The notes beneath the pieces were generated by a model that saw only the letters and a list, made by a program, of their open reading frames with translations, did not search any database and was not told the origin of the DNA. Both the position numbers and the translations under genes were made by a program. A stretch of DNA of 64,000 nt, from NCBI RefSeq assembly GCF_009914755.1, contig NC_060930.1. One strand, given 5' to 3'. Of this stretch, positions 25,040 through 43,131 are shown piece by piece (position 1 is the stretch's first letter; every line of letters begins with the position of its first letter). The DNA comes from the human T2T-CHM13v2.0 reference genome, Homo sapiens.

Positions 25040-25790
25040 AGTAGATTGGGAAAACATTTTCAACACAAATGGCAGATAAAAACTTAATATGCAAAAACAC
25101 ATAAAACTGAGTAAGACAAAGGGCAAACCACCAGTTTGAAAAGCAATTAAATCACAGGAGAGAAAATTCAAAATACGATTAAACTTATGAAAAAATGTTC
25201 AGTCTCACTAGTAGTCAGGAAAATACAATTAAAGAAACAGATACCACTTTTCTCAATAGACAAAGATTAAAAATAGCTACCGCTTCCAGCACCAGTGCAA
25301 GTATGGGGAAGATAGGACTCTCATATCTTCCTGTAGGAATATGAATTATTACAAATTTGGGGAAAAGGAATTAGGTAATATCTATTAACATTAAAATACA
25401 CATTTCTTTTGATCTGGCAGTTCTACTTCTGGAAATCTATCCTAGAGAAATAAAATCCTGATCATATATAGAGATGTGTATTGCAGTATCATTTGGCAAT
25501 GGCAGAATCATTTAGCCAAAGGCAAAAGGTTGGAAACAAGCTAAATGTCTATCTTTAAGGAAATGGTTGAATAAGCAGTAATTCATTCACACTACTGGAT
25601 GCTGTGCTATTAAAATGTTAGATTGATGTGTTGCCCATGATGTATTGTTAGGCAAAGAAGACAAGTTGCAGAATTATGTATATAGTTTGACCCTATTTTT
25701 AGAAAAAAATTCCTACATATACTCATATTTGCATATATTTTTATATAAACATGGATTAAGATGTGGAGAGATTCATAGAAACTTAACACT
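25040..25790 (+). mobile_element. Old L1M (L1ME-like) 3' fragment
   Basis: Degenerate ORF2 end and 3'UTR motifs. Confidence 0.6.
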
Positions 25791-25826
25791 GTGAGTTTTT
25801 AATTTTTGAAGAGAGAAACTTAATAA

Positions 25827-26225
25827 AGATTTGAATAGAAAATTTATTGAGACCTAGCTTACAACGTGTATAATCTGTAGTGTGGCATCTCAGGTTTGAC
25901 TTCCCGGTCTTGGCAAGTGCTCAAGCTTCTGGATGATGATAGATAAGAGTGTCTTTATTCCTGAAACACTAAGATTACAGGCTTGTATTTCTTCAAAACC
26001 ACAATTGGAACTTCTCAAGTAGAGTGTAGGAACACTAGTTGTTTTTTTCCTATTCCTGATTGTTTTTAAGGGGGAGAGTAAAGGAATCTCATCAAATATA
26101 AAACTGAATATTTTGATCAATTTTTCAGCTTATTCTTTTATTCCTTTGGATCCTGTTTTTTCCTTCTATATCTTGTCCCCTTTCTCGGTTCCCTGTATTC
26201 ACTTCCTTGATATGTCAGTTATAAC
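25827..26225 (-). other. TSBP1: Candidate alternative terminal exon of TSBP1
   Basis: Acceptor tatctctcaccctAG (AG at 26226-26227); AATAAA on the minus strand at 25843-25848; unique purine-rich sequence between two repeats. The 3' end is estimated. Confidence 0.5.
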
Positions 26226-26234
26226 CTAGGGTGA

Positions 26235-26563
<329 letters not shown>

Positions 26564-27369
26564 GGAAATTGCATTTTTAATGCACTACTAACTCAGGGAG
26601 TCTTTAATTGGGATAGGAGCCGCATTAACTGATTTTACATAAATTGTTTGTTTCCTAATATTTTGTGTTTCTCATTCAGCTTCATTATCTCTAAACTCAC
26701 CTTTCTGCTTTTCTTTCCTATGTTCTGCTCCTAAATGAAAAATGACTAATTGAATTGACTTCTATTCCATTCTTGTGAACAGGACATTTGACATTTGTAT
26801 TAGTTTATTTGCAAAACAAAATTTACTATTGATTTCTTAAGGTAAGTTTCACATTCCTGCTTTTATATTGCCACTATCTTAGAAGTATATATTTATGTAT
26901 TTTCTTAAAATTTTCATCATTTTGTTAAACATGGTGTCATTTTGATAGCTTGTCCTTTCTCCCTTCCTTTGTTTGGGGTCCTTTAAGATTTCCACATGTG
27001 TATCTTTACAGGAGGGTTAACAATTGCTTTAAATTTGTCAGTTTTTCAGTGGCCTTTAGAAAATGGTCCACAGAATTTTTATAGTTGGAGTATTCTATTG
27101 TATGATTTACTTGCCTTCAAAGACCTAGTGGGAGTGCAAATGTTTTGACCCCAAGTTAGAAGTTATGGAGAAGATACAGGGAGGTTTCTATAGATCTATC
27201 TCTTCTGAATTCTTGCTTCAGTGGGACATACACACAGATATGGAGTCAGCTGAGCTGGGTTGCTGAAGCCTATCTACTGTTTTTTAGTAATTGCCTTGAC
27301 AAGGTCCCTGCTTCTTACCAGAAATCTGAGAGAAGTTGAATTAGTCATACCCTTCTAAAACCTAGTAGT

Positions 27370-27665
<296 letters not shown>

Positions 27666-30012
27666 CTACTAGTTAGCTGTCACATGGACCAGAGGGGCTA
27701 TAGGAAAAATGACATGAGAATGATGAAAATCTAATACTTTTAACTATGTGAAAATCTTTCTGGTCAAAAATGTTCCCTGATAACAGCATAATGTATGTAA
27801 AAGACATGCCAACAAAGGCTGGTAAAATCTCTAAATGTGTATTTTCCACAGATGACAAAAGCAACTTACAATATTAAAATCCATGTTTAATATCTGTCTT
27901 CTTCTCTCTCACTCTCTCTCTCTCTGGCAACTCAGTTTTGCTAAACCTGTGCAGCTCATCAAAGACCTGAGGATTCTGTGACTTCTAAAATTAACATAGG
28001 CTTCCATACCTGCGGCAGGGCTGTGAGAACACAGTAGACAGCCATACAGTGGATTAGATTGTGCTAGAAGTTATGGAGATACTCTTTTAAGGTTGTGATT
28101 GGGTAGCCTGAAACATTTATGAAACATTTTATACTTTGGGCAGAGACTAATGTCTGGTTTCTCTCCTTTTTTCATCAAACGCCTCCAAAGAATAGCATAT
28201 CAGTATGAAAAGCTTCCTTGGAAGACATCTAGTTAGTCCAAAGAATTTGATAACTAGAATTATAGACTCTCAGGAAGTCTATTTGGAAGGGACCATAAAG
28301 ATAACTTATTCCAATTACTCAGCTGTTTCCTGAGTCTCCTCTATGGCATTCTCACTGAATGAGCCTTAAACTCTTGCTTAAACTCTTTGGACCTCCACTT
28401 CTCCTTATTACTAAGATAAAATTTGTTACTTTGTACCTTCCATTCACTGATCTCATTTCTTTGGGGCTATACAAAATATTCTAATCCCTTATGAACTTTC
28501 ACTATTTGAAAGTAATTCTCATTGTTTCCTCATATTTGTCTTCCCAGGGGAATTCTGCAACTTCCTGCACACTTGAGTCTTTCTCTCCTGAAGGCATTTA
28601 GTTTATCCACATCCCATGATTGAACTAAATGTATATTCAGGGTGTGGGCTAACCAGCACAGTATTGAACAGTATAAAAATAAAATTTCTAAAAATGATTA
28701 TTTTAAAATAGACTAAAATAAGTTAACTCTGTTGGATGTTTGAAAGGCACATCCCACAACTACTTACTTGTATCTCTATATTCTTCCTGCTTACCTTCCT
28801 TCTCCTAGCTTCCTTTCTTTGGAAAGTGCTCTTTAGAAGTTCATTAGTCAGCTCCAAATAGCAACTACAGTGTTCTTTCAGTCCTTATTTTCCTTGAAGT
28901 CTCAGTCATTTTTTTCTCAAAACTCTCATCTTCCTTAATTATTGGAACATTCCACTATACAGGTTTTCCTTCTATCTTCCTATCCCTTAGTTAAATTTCT
29001 TCAATATATTACATATAACAAACTCAGTCCTTGGACTTCTGCTTTCGTTAGTCCTGTACTTCCTCCTTTGAAGAACTCACTCTTATTGCTTCAATTGTTA
29101 CCTGTACTCATCTAATTCCAGATATCTCTTGAATGACAAATGTTATTGCTTATCCCCTTAAAACAATTTGTTGTTCCCTCCCTGTCCCCCAAATTAGTTC
29201 CTAGTTTGTTTGTTACCTAGTTTCAAAAGTTTTGAAACCATTGTTTTTTTCACTTTTCCTTACTCCTATGCAGTCAGTCATCATGAAGTAATGATTCTTC
29301 TTTGATTTTTTTTCCTATTTATTCTCTTTCCATTACTTACTCCAAGTACTTCTTAATTAGATTTACTATCTATGATGTTTCTTTTTCTATCTTATTTTTC
29401 ACAATCACATGATACAACCTTATTTTTAAAATGATACAACCTTATTCATTTCACTCTGTGTCTCAAACATTGTAGAATGCTTCCAGCTGCCTGAAGAGTA
29501 AAATATAAATTCCTGGCTTGTTTTTCAAATCCTTTTATATTCTCCTTTTCAAAATTATACCCCAGGATGCCTCCCATGAATCTTCCGTAACAGCAAAATT
29601 GCCTACTGCACCTGGAGCATGGCACGACAGCCTTTAACCCTTTACCTTTCTTTTACTCTTTGTAATTCACTCAGCATATCAACACCTTATCCATCTGCTG
29701 TGACATATTGTATACCACTACTCCCTTCCCCATGAAGTTACCACCTCTACTTTCTCATCCCATGATGGATTATGTTGTCCATCTAAACTTTTTGTAACTT
29801 AGATTTTACTTAAAAAATTGCCATGTATACATATATCACTATATATGTTATAAGCTACTTGATTGCAGGAGCTTTGACTTGTGTTTTTCTGTACACCCCT
29901 TATTGCTAGACCAGTGCCTTGCAAACATTAGGCTTGCCATGAGGAGTTACTGGTTGATTGGTTGGAAAGGCTATCATAGACATACTTGTCAAAGGAAATT
30001 ACTATATATTTC

Positions 30013-30018
30013 TTTAAT
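30013..30018 (-). terminator. TSBP1: Probable TSBP1 polyadenylation signal (ATTAAA)
   Basis: ATTAAA on the minus strand ~265 nt downstream of the stop codon. Confidence 0.6.
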
Positions 30019-30281
30019 TAAAATGTTTTACTTCAGAAAGTATCCAGTCTTTCTTGACGGAATCATATACGTCTTAACTTATGAAACAAATATTTGGAAA
30101 CTGAGGTTTGTGGCTGAGAGATTAAAAAGGGTGAAACTTCTGAAGAGCAGAAACTGTGATATGAAGATGAAAGGGATTTTATAATTGTAATCTGTTTAGG
30201 CAATGGCTGGGATATGGTTTGTATCTGGAGTATGGGAATCATAATAATCACTTGTCTTATGGGCCTTTAAAAAATTTATCC

Positions 30282-31336
30282 TTACTCTTCCACTTTTTTG
30301 TTGTACTTCCTTCCTGTATTTGCCTTCGCCCTTTTCGAGCCTTTTGATTTTTCACCATTGATTTCTGATTCTCTCTTTCCTTTAACTTTGTCCTTTCCTT
30401 TGTCACCTTTTGTGTTTTTGTCACCTTTTTCTTTTTTATTTGGATCTTTCTCTGCATCTCTCTCCTTTTCTTTATCATTATTTCCTTTATCCTCAAAACT
30501 CTCCTTCTTTTCTTGGGCTTCCTGTCCTTTTAGTACACCTGACTCACTCTTCTTTACTTGGGATTCCAGTGTTTCTGGTACACTCACCTCAGTGTTCTTT
30601 ACTTGGGATTCTGGTCCTTTCAGTACACCTGCCTCACTCTTCTTTTCTTGGACCTCTTGTTCCTTTGGCACATCTGCCTCAGTCTTCTCTACTTGGCCTT
30701 CTTGTCCTTTTGGTACCTTCAACTCACTCTTCTCTACCTGGGCTTCCTGTCCTTTCAGTACAACTGACTCCCTCTTCTTTACCTGGGCTTCCTGTCCCTT
30801 TGAGACACCAGACTGACTCTTCTTTACTTGGGATTCCTGTCTTCTTGGCACACCCATCTCACTCTTCTCTACCTGGGCTTCCTGTCCTTTCAGTACAACC
30901 AACCCACTCTTCGTTACTTGGGCTTCTTGTCCTTTTGGGACACCTGACTCACTCTTCTTTACTTGGGACTCCTGTCCTCTTGGTACATCTGACACACTTT
31001 TCTTTATTTGGGCTCCCTGTCCTTGTGGTATACTCATCTCACTGATTTTTAGTTGGGTTTCCTGTCTTTTTGGTATTCCAGCGTCACTGTCTACCTTGAC
31101 CTCCATTCCTATTTTGTCTTTCTCTAAATCAGTGCCTTTTCCTTCTCTTTCTGGCTCCTTTATGTGTGCTGATTTCAAGGATTCTACAGAATTCGTAAAT
31201 ATGATGTCATTCTTTAGTGCTTCCTTGTTTTCTTCTCGGCTATTCTGAGACCTTGCAGTGCCTCCACATTTTAGAATCTGGATTTTGGAACAAGGTTTTT
31301 TTGCAAGTTCTTCATCCATGTAACCTGTTAATATAA
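30282..31336 (-). CDS. TSBP1: TSBP1 (C6orf10, testis-expressed basic protein 1) terminal coding exon
   Basis: The ORF reads (V)ILTGYMDEELAKK...KYNKKVEE*, which I recognise as the TSBP1 C-terminus. Acceptor ttgttgtatgctcAG has its AG at 31337-31338 (phase 1); TAA stop at 30282-30284. Confidence 0.96.
30492..31076 (-). repeat. TSBP1: Coding tandem repeat, 13 x 45 bp (15 aa, consensus VPKGQEAQVKKSESG)
   Basis: Read directly from the translation, IPKRQETQLKISEMS through VLKGQEAQEKKESFE. Confidence 0.93.
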
Positions 31337-31779
31337 CTGAGCATACAACAAAAGGGCGTGATTTAGATATCAAGTATTTTCTCTTTATTTCTATTTTTTT
31401 CCCCTTGATACTGGTTCCTTTTTTGTCTTAAAACTGACAAACTAAAATTTTTCTGAATCTCAAGTTATCTAAAATGATGGTTCTCTGTACATAAAATTAT
31501 AAAAGTATCGATAAAATTCTGGACTATTTTCAATAATTTGGAAGATTAATGAGAGAAAAGGTAAAATGTACTGTAAATGAACTGACATTTGTTCAGTGGA
31601 TTATGGCTAATGAATAATGCTTAGTGGCTAACAGAGGATGTATTCTGAAAAGAAATAGAATTTGTTTTAAGGAAAAATTGTGGGAGGAAGCAATAATTAT
31701 ATTTCTCAAGACAGAAAAAGGAAACTCAAAAATGCTTTCCATATTGAATAAAAGCATATCTTATTATGCAAAAGTAATA

Positions 31780-33468
<1,689 letters not shown>

Positions 33469-35079
33469 TAAAAGTGAATTATTGGACTTTTCGTTTTTTA
33501 CATTTAGGGTTTGATGTTTGAAAAATTGGCATACACATAACTTCAGAATTTTATCAATTATAAAAATGAGGCACACCTGTATTAGATAAGAAACTAATTA
33601 TAAATCAAAAGAGTTGTTGTAGTTCAGTGTTTTCTTTTATTATTTTCAGCTGTTGACATCCAAATAAAAATAACATTAGGAAAATTACAGTAATGTTTTC
33701 TGAACCTTTTTGTATATGTCCCCACCTAGAGTTCTTCATTAAAATATGGTTACTGACATTTTATTCTAGACAATCAATTTTCAGTTTCCTAATGAAAATC
33801 AGTGGTAATATATTTCAAGCATTGCTAAATTGAGAAAAATAGTTCAGAATATTTTGATCTTCGACAGTGCTACCAGTGGACACTGTTTTGTTTTGTTTTG
33901 TTTAGGGGTATGGTGGTGTGGAATGGTAAGATCATGCTCCGCTGAAGTTTCTAACCTTAAGAATTTCATGGAATGTACTCCTCACATAAGCTGATTTTCC
34001 TTAAGCTATGAATATTTTTAGTTTTACTATCCCTTGGGGGTAATTATTTGCTACTGTGTGTAATACTTCATGACTCATTTTAACCTAAATTTACCTTCTA
34101 AATTATATAGGCTTTGTAAACCAAAATTAAGTATTATAGGATTTCCTGAAGCACCCAGTGTTTATTCTAGCTACACCTTTCCTAATTTCACAGAATTAAA
34201 AAACTTTTTATTCTTTCTCCCACTACACTGAAAAATACCTCTAGTTACTTCTAATAGAATCTTCATACCCTTATTTTAATATATTTGCTGTCATCTTTTA
34301 AATCTTGAATTTAATTAACATAGATTAGATTTACAGGATTTATTTTTGAGTAATCTAGCTATCCCATAAAGTGAGGTTCACTTTTATTTCAACTTTGCAT
34401 TGCAGAAGTAAGCCACAAATCATTATTCCACCACATTCTAAGTTCTTTTCTTCCTTCTCCCAGATTTCAAGATAGTTCATACATCTTTTCCTTCTCTTGG
34501 ACCTCATAATCATCTAACACATACAGTGTAAATCTTCATAATATAAAGACTTGGAAGCCCTGGCTGCAAGTACATTTATTGCAGGCAGTAGCCCATACTA
34601 CAAAATTTTAATACAATCAAAAGATTTAATCAAGACTTTGGGGATCATCATAATATATTCAAGCTGAATAAAAAGTAATTATTAAAATTTTTAAATTGGA
34701 TTAATTTTTGTTAAAGCTAAAAGATATCATGAAATAGCTATCACATTAACAATTCTATCTAAATGATACTTAACATAGAAAATAGAATGTGGGCTTTATT
34801 AGGAAACTAATCTTAGGTTCTTAATCCAGTGGTTGTCAGGGAGAGCACAATTGGATCTAGACTGTAAAAGATCTATTCAGTATCAGAGGGATAAATCATT
34901 ATAGTTCTCAGGCTATGAATTACATTTTAAAAGATCATATACTTATTAGTTGAATGAGGAGGTGAGAAATAAGAGACTCAGTTTGCTGGGATGATGATGT
35001 TTGTTGGTTTAATCTATCTTAAACCTTTCTTTGAACATTGACTTAAACCTTAACCTCCTTTTTCTAAAAATATCAACTG

Positions 35080-37112
<2,033 letters not shown>

Positions 37113-37224
37113 TCAAATTGGCCTTAGAAGCACAGGCCTCTATTTTGGGAGTAGAAACAGACAGGTCACAAAAGAATTAAAAGCAATGTAAAATATCAGA
37201 GTTGAGAATAGATATGGAACTTAC

Positions 37225-37239
37225 CCACAGGAGTCAGTG
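37225..37239 (-). CDS. TSBP1: TSBP1 15-nt microexon (T)LTPV
   Basis: ttttgtttttAG|CACTGACTCCTGTGG|GTAAGT, phase 1-1; joins in frame to the terminal exon (TLTPV-VILTG). Confidence 0.92.
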
Positions 37240-37982
37240 CTAAAAACAAAACACAAAAGAAAGATCAGTGAGGATTTTCTAACTCAAGAGAAACCCACCT
37301 TCCAATAGTATCCTTCCTAGGTGAACTTAGAAACAGGACTTGGAGGGAGCACAAAACTCTGTTTCATCCTCAGGAGTGTTGCTGGCCAATGCTCCATATC
37401 GCACTCCACACAGAGGGTTATCTTTAGGATGCCATTTAATTAATATAGGCATTTGAAATCTTGGGTAGGTAAAATCACTTCTACTGAAATTCAAACTATT
37501 GTATTTCCTGCCTTTCTTTGTTCTTTGATAAGTCTTTCATATGTCTTCTGCAAAACAGTTTTTTGCTCACTGTTCTGGTCCGTTTGAAAAATGTATATTG
37601 TTGATCAATTACCAAAATCACATCTAGTCCTGACACATATTCTTTTTGTCAATCTTAGAGGATTTTCTTTTTTAGTAAAAATTATTAGTTGCCAGATTAT
37701 AGCACAGAGGAAATAGGCTCTGTTGTGATAGATTAGCTGGGAATATATGCTACCAATAATCTTTGGTAGTAAATAACTAGAATCAAACACAAGACCATTA
37801 TACTTTGTTACAAAAGGAAAATAGATAAGAAGAATTAAAATTGAAATATGAGGAAATCACTTATTGAAGAAATATTGACTGCTGTAAGGTAGAGGAACTC
37901 GTAACACAAGAACATTTGGGAAAAAGAACTTAAAGGTCCTAGGCACAGAAATAGGTAAGGCAAGGAAATGATCCAAACTTAC

Positions 37983-38003
37983 TGATTTTTCCAGAACTGT
38001 CCA
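37983..38003 (-). CDS. TSBP1: TSBP1 21-nt microexon (M)DSSGKI
   Basis: tttatctctttcAG|TGGACAGTTCTGGAAAAATCA|GTAAGT; matches the recalled protein. Confidence 0.92.
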
Positions 38004-38332
38004 CTGAAAGAGATAAAGGCAAACACTTCAGTAGGTACTGGGCATTCCCTTCTTCCCAGTCCCCAAACCTCTGCATTGAGTGGGATCTGTGTCATTAACA
38101 ACTAAATTTCATTTATTTAAATGTGAAGAAACTTCATTTCCCTTCCCCCTTCTCTTTGCCCAGTGTAGTTTACAAAGACCTTGTGATAAGCTACTTTAAA
38201 TCACCTTTACTTATCATTGATCATTATCAATTTTGTCTAGAATGTCAAGATTACAATTTATAAAATATAGGACATATAATGGTCTTGCTTAGAAGATGTG
38301 TGCTAACATTATTTTTTGACATTGATACGAAT

Positions 38333-39260
38333 TTTTTTTTAATATATTTTTTTGAGACAGGGTCTCAGTCTCCCAGGCTGCAGTGCAGTGGCATGAACAT
38401 GGCTCACTGCAGCTTCCACTTCCGGGGTTCAAGCGATCCTCCAGTTTCAGCCTCCTGAGTAGCTGGGACTACAGGTGCGTGCTACCACACCCAGCTAATT
38501 TTTGTGTTTTTTTGTAGAGACGGAGTTTCATCACGTTGCCCAGGCTGGTCTGGAACCCTGAGCTCCAGCGATCCACCTGCTTTGGCTTCTCAAAGTGCTG
38601 GGATTACAGGTGTAAGCCACCATGCCTGGCCTGGTACGAAATATTTAAGATACAGTTGTTACCAAGTACTGAAATATAGGTATATCTCTTGTGTTGATGT
38701 TACTTGATAAACCTAACATAGAAAGCACAAAATAGGCTGGCGCCGTGGCTCATGCCTGTAATCCCAGCACTTTGGAAGGCTGTGAGGCAGGCGGATGGCT
38801 TGAGCCTAGGAGTTCAAGACCAGCCTGGGCAACATAATGAGATCCCCATCTCTGCAAAAAAAAAAAGAAAAAATTAGCTGGGTATGGTGGCAAGCACCTG
38901 TAGTCCCAGCTGCTCAGAAAGCTGAGGTGGGAGGATTGCTTAGGAAGTCAAGGCTGCAGTGGGCCATGATCACACCAGTGCACTCTAGCCTGGGTGAGTG
39001 AAACGCTGTTTTAAAAAAAAAAAAAAGCACAGAATAATAAGAAAGCATGAAACTGTAAGAAACATATACCAGGATTGTTTACCAGAGATACATATGTGGA
39101 GTTAGGGTATTTAAAAATGGGAGTTGGCAAAATACAGCCCATGGAATAAATCTAGTTTTTCCATATAAATCTAGTTTTCCAAATAAAAATAGCATCTAGG
39201 ACATGCTATTTTTGCATGTCCTGTGAGGTAAGAATGGATTTTACATATTTAAATAGTTGA

Positions 39261-39297
<37 letters not shown>

Positions 39298-39870
39298 TTT
39301 TGTGGCACATGAAAATTGTATGAAATTCAAATTTCAATGTCTAAAATAGTATTTTATTGGGACATACCCATGCTCATTCTTTTATATATTGTCTATGACT
39401 GTTTTTGTGCTACAACAGCAGGGTTGAGTAGTTGTGACAGAGACTTTAAGGCTTATAAAATTTAAAATATTTGGCTGGGCATGGTGGCTTATACCTGTAA
39501 TCCCAGCACTTTAGGAGGCTAAGGCAAGGGGATCGTTTGAGGCCAGGACTTTGAGACCAGCCTAGGCAACATAGCAAGACTCAGTTTCTACAAAAAATAA
39601 AAAAAAGTTAGCCAAGCATGGTGGCACACATCTGTAGTCCCAGCTACTCAGGAGGCTGAGGCAGGAGAATTGCTTGAGCCCAGGAGTGGAGGTTGTAGTG
39701 AACTATGATCACACCACTGCACTCCAGGCTAGGTGACAGAGCAAGACCCTGTCTCAGAACAAAACAAAACCAAAAACACCAAACAAACCAAAAAACACAA
39801 AAACCCAGCAAACAAAAACAAACATAAAACATTAAAAACATTTGTAGAAAAAATTTGCTCACCCCAGCCC
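38333..39870. mobile_element. AluJ - (38333-38631), AluJ + (38735-39025), MER58-like hAT element (~39120-39870) with (AAT)n and nested AluJ (39473-39780)
   Basis: Alu consensus; MER58-type ttttattggNaca...catgctcatt...gttgagtagttgtgacagagac. Confidence 0.78.
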
Positions 39871-39910
39871 TACAAGAAACTAATGTAATAAAAATATATT
39901 AGGAACTTAC

Positions 39911-39931
39911 TAGTGTGAACTTGAGGTATTC
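39911..39931 (-). CDS. TSBP1: TSBP1 21-nt microexon (R)IPQVHT
   Basis: ttgttttgattttcAG|GAATACCTCAAGTTCACACTA|GTAAGT; matches the recalled protein. Confidence 0.92.
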
Positions 39932-41625
39932 CTGAAAATCAAAACAAGAAAATAGGTTAATGGCAGCATTTTTGGAACAGAAGTACAGTTCTTTCCTACT
40001 CCCAATTCCCTAGTTGTTTTTTCTGGGGTACCATAAAGACTTCTAGCAGAATACAATGAAATATGATGAGACAACAGATCCCTTAGTGTGTTATAAGAAC
40101 CTGACAGTTTTTACCACCTTTATGTGGTCCAACTTATTGTTGTCTCTCTAATTGAGCTCTCTGCTTTCACCCTTGCCTCCCAGTCAGTTCCCAGTACAGC
40201 AGTTAGCGGGACCCTTTTAAAGTGTCAGCAAGACTCCTGCTTAAGAGCCACCAATGGTTCCCCATCTTGGTTTAACAAAAGTCAAAATCACAACAGTGGC
40301 TTTCAAAGATGGCCCTGGAAGATCTGTCCCTCCAAATCTCTCTTATAGCTTCTTTTTATGTCACTTTTCATTCTGTTCCAGCTATATGGTACTTGCTATC
40401 TTGCTTTTCCTCAAATAGTCTGGAAATGTTCCTACCCTAGGGTGGTTTACTTGTTGTCTTCTCTGATTGAAATATTCCCCCCTCAGATATTGCCTGGCTA
40501 ATTCTCTCACCTATTTCATGTTCCATCTAGTAGTTATAGCAATTGCTGAGAATGAGGCATTAAACTTTCCAACTGTAGTTGTGGGTTTTTCTGTTTCTCT
40601 TCAGTTCTAGTACGTGTTTTTTTTTTTCCCAGTGTGTTTTGAAGCACTGTTGTTTGGTTCATACATATGTAGAATTTCTTTGTCTTCTTGATGCATTGAT
40701 ATTTTTATCATGATATAATGTCCCTCTTTTGTCCCTGGTAAATTTCTTTGCATTTAGGTCCACTTTACGTGATATTAATGTAGCCACATCTGCCTTTTTT
40801 TTTGAAAAAATTAATGTTTCATGGCATATATTTTTCATTCTTTTTACTTTTATTGTTAAATTTGAGGTGACTTTCTTGTAGATAGGATATAGTTAGGTCA
40901 TGTTTTTAATGTACTCTGGTAATCTTTTGAAAAAATTGGTGTATTTAGACCTACACAAAATAAATTTCTGTGATTTGCCTGATTGTTATGAGAGGCAAGT
41001 CCCAATTCTTTCAAGGAGGGGAAGTCAGAAAAGGCTTAATCTCTGCAGCACTAGTGGTCCAAGTTTAGATGTAATAAACTTTATGGAGGAAAAGGCAAAG
41101 ATCAATCTTTCTTTTTTATCTTGAATTCTATTTTAGTGTTTTCTCTGTTTGCATTTTGCAGTCTGTCCCTTCTTCTACTCCCATTTGCTACATCTTCTAG
41201 TTTTTATTATTTCTACCTTTTATCTTTTGGAGTTTCATCTTGTGACCCTGTGGCTTCAGACTGTGATACAAACTTCTTAGTGTATTATTTCCATAGTCTT
41301 CCCAGCATATTTTCCCAGCATTATTTCCTCTGGCTTCTCTTTTGCAACTTAACTCTCTAACCAGAAGAACAAATTGATTTTGGTCCTTTCTATGTGGTTT
41401 CTTGTTTCTGTGGGCCTTTGACTTATTTAAAAGACAAAGACAGGAAGAAGAAAGAAAGAAAGGAAGGAAGAAGAAAGAACGAGCGAATGAACAAAAGAAA
41501 GAAAGAAAGAAAGACCCAAACTAAACCAAAATAGAAACCAAAAACAACAAAAGTGTCAGTGCAAATAAAGGAATCGAGATGCTACAAAAGACCAGAGGAA
41601 ACTGAGAAAAACAGTAGGAGCTTAC

Positions 41626-41646
41626 TGGTTGCTATTGGACCAATTG
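41626..41646 (-). CDS. TSBP1: Candidate extra 21-nt cassette microexon (T)IGPIAT
   Basis: ttttattttatttttAG|CAATTGGTCCAATAGCAACCA|GTAAGC; same size and phase as its neighbours, no stop; absent from the canonical protein as I recall it. Confidence 0.6.
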
Positions 41647-42290
41647 CTAAAAATAAAATAAAACAAATCAGTTTTTTTTTAAATTATGTATTGAGTTCCT
41701 ATTGAAAATCCACTTGGAACACCAGAAAACAGACCTTTGGGAAACATTAAATCTTCTAGGAATATGCTATCTCTTATTAAGTCAATTTTAACTCCACTTT
41801 AATAACTTAAATATCCAGGCCATTTTGAATGGCACGTATGATGGGTTATATAAGTGAAGGCCACTTTTTCTAATGAAATAAAATATTTTTTTAAACATTC
41901 TTAAACTAGGTCACATTCTTTCAGGAGACTGGCTAATAGTTAAAGGTTACTAATTTATGTTCTCTCTTCATCGTCTTTTTTGTCTTTTCATGTTTTCTCT
42001 TCCTTTCAAATCTCTACCATTATACCAGCTCTCACTGTATTTTTTTTACAGTACAGAAAGTTTATTTGTAATTAAAATGTAGTTGAGTTTAGCACCTTTT
42101 CTTTTTCTTTTCAGTTTTTATGAGAATTTAAAACTCTTCAAGAGTTAGTAATACTTATTTTAAGTTTTGCTTCTTTTACTTTTTTTCCTATTTCAGTCTC
42201 TAATCTCAAAATATCTGTTCTCTTCTTCACCATTCATTGTATTCTCCTTCTAGATTTCCATTACTAAGTTTACTTACTCTTTGCCTTACT

Positions 42291-43131
<841 letters not shown>

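Noticed and set aside
30298-31045. Long plus-strand ORFs (172 and 211 aa) and the overlapping minus-strand 79-aa ORF
   Set aside because: Shadows of the purine-rich repetitive TSBP1 exon; low complexity with no independent gene signals.
30492-31076. 45-bp periodic array as a CRISPR-like structure
   Set aside because: Eukaryotic coding tandem repeat with no repeat-spacer alternation and no cas genes.
31337-31373. N-terminal extension MISKSRPFVVCS of the 363-aa ORF
   Set aside because: Upstream of the splice acceptor, so it is intronic read-through and not a real start.
34383-34665. Minus-strand acceptor plus AATAAA, with a faint NLECGGI ~ ILKCGGT resemblance to the terminal exon
   Set aside because: Multiple stops, and the similarity is too short to separate from chance.
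39147-39185. Short direct duplication ataaatctagtttt(t)cc (similar one at 16447-16489)
   Set aside because: Ordinary slippage duplications inside transposon sequence.
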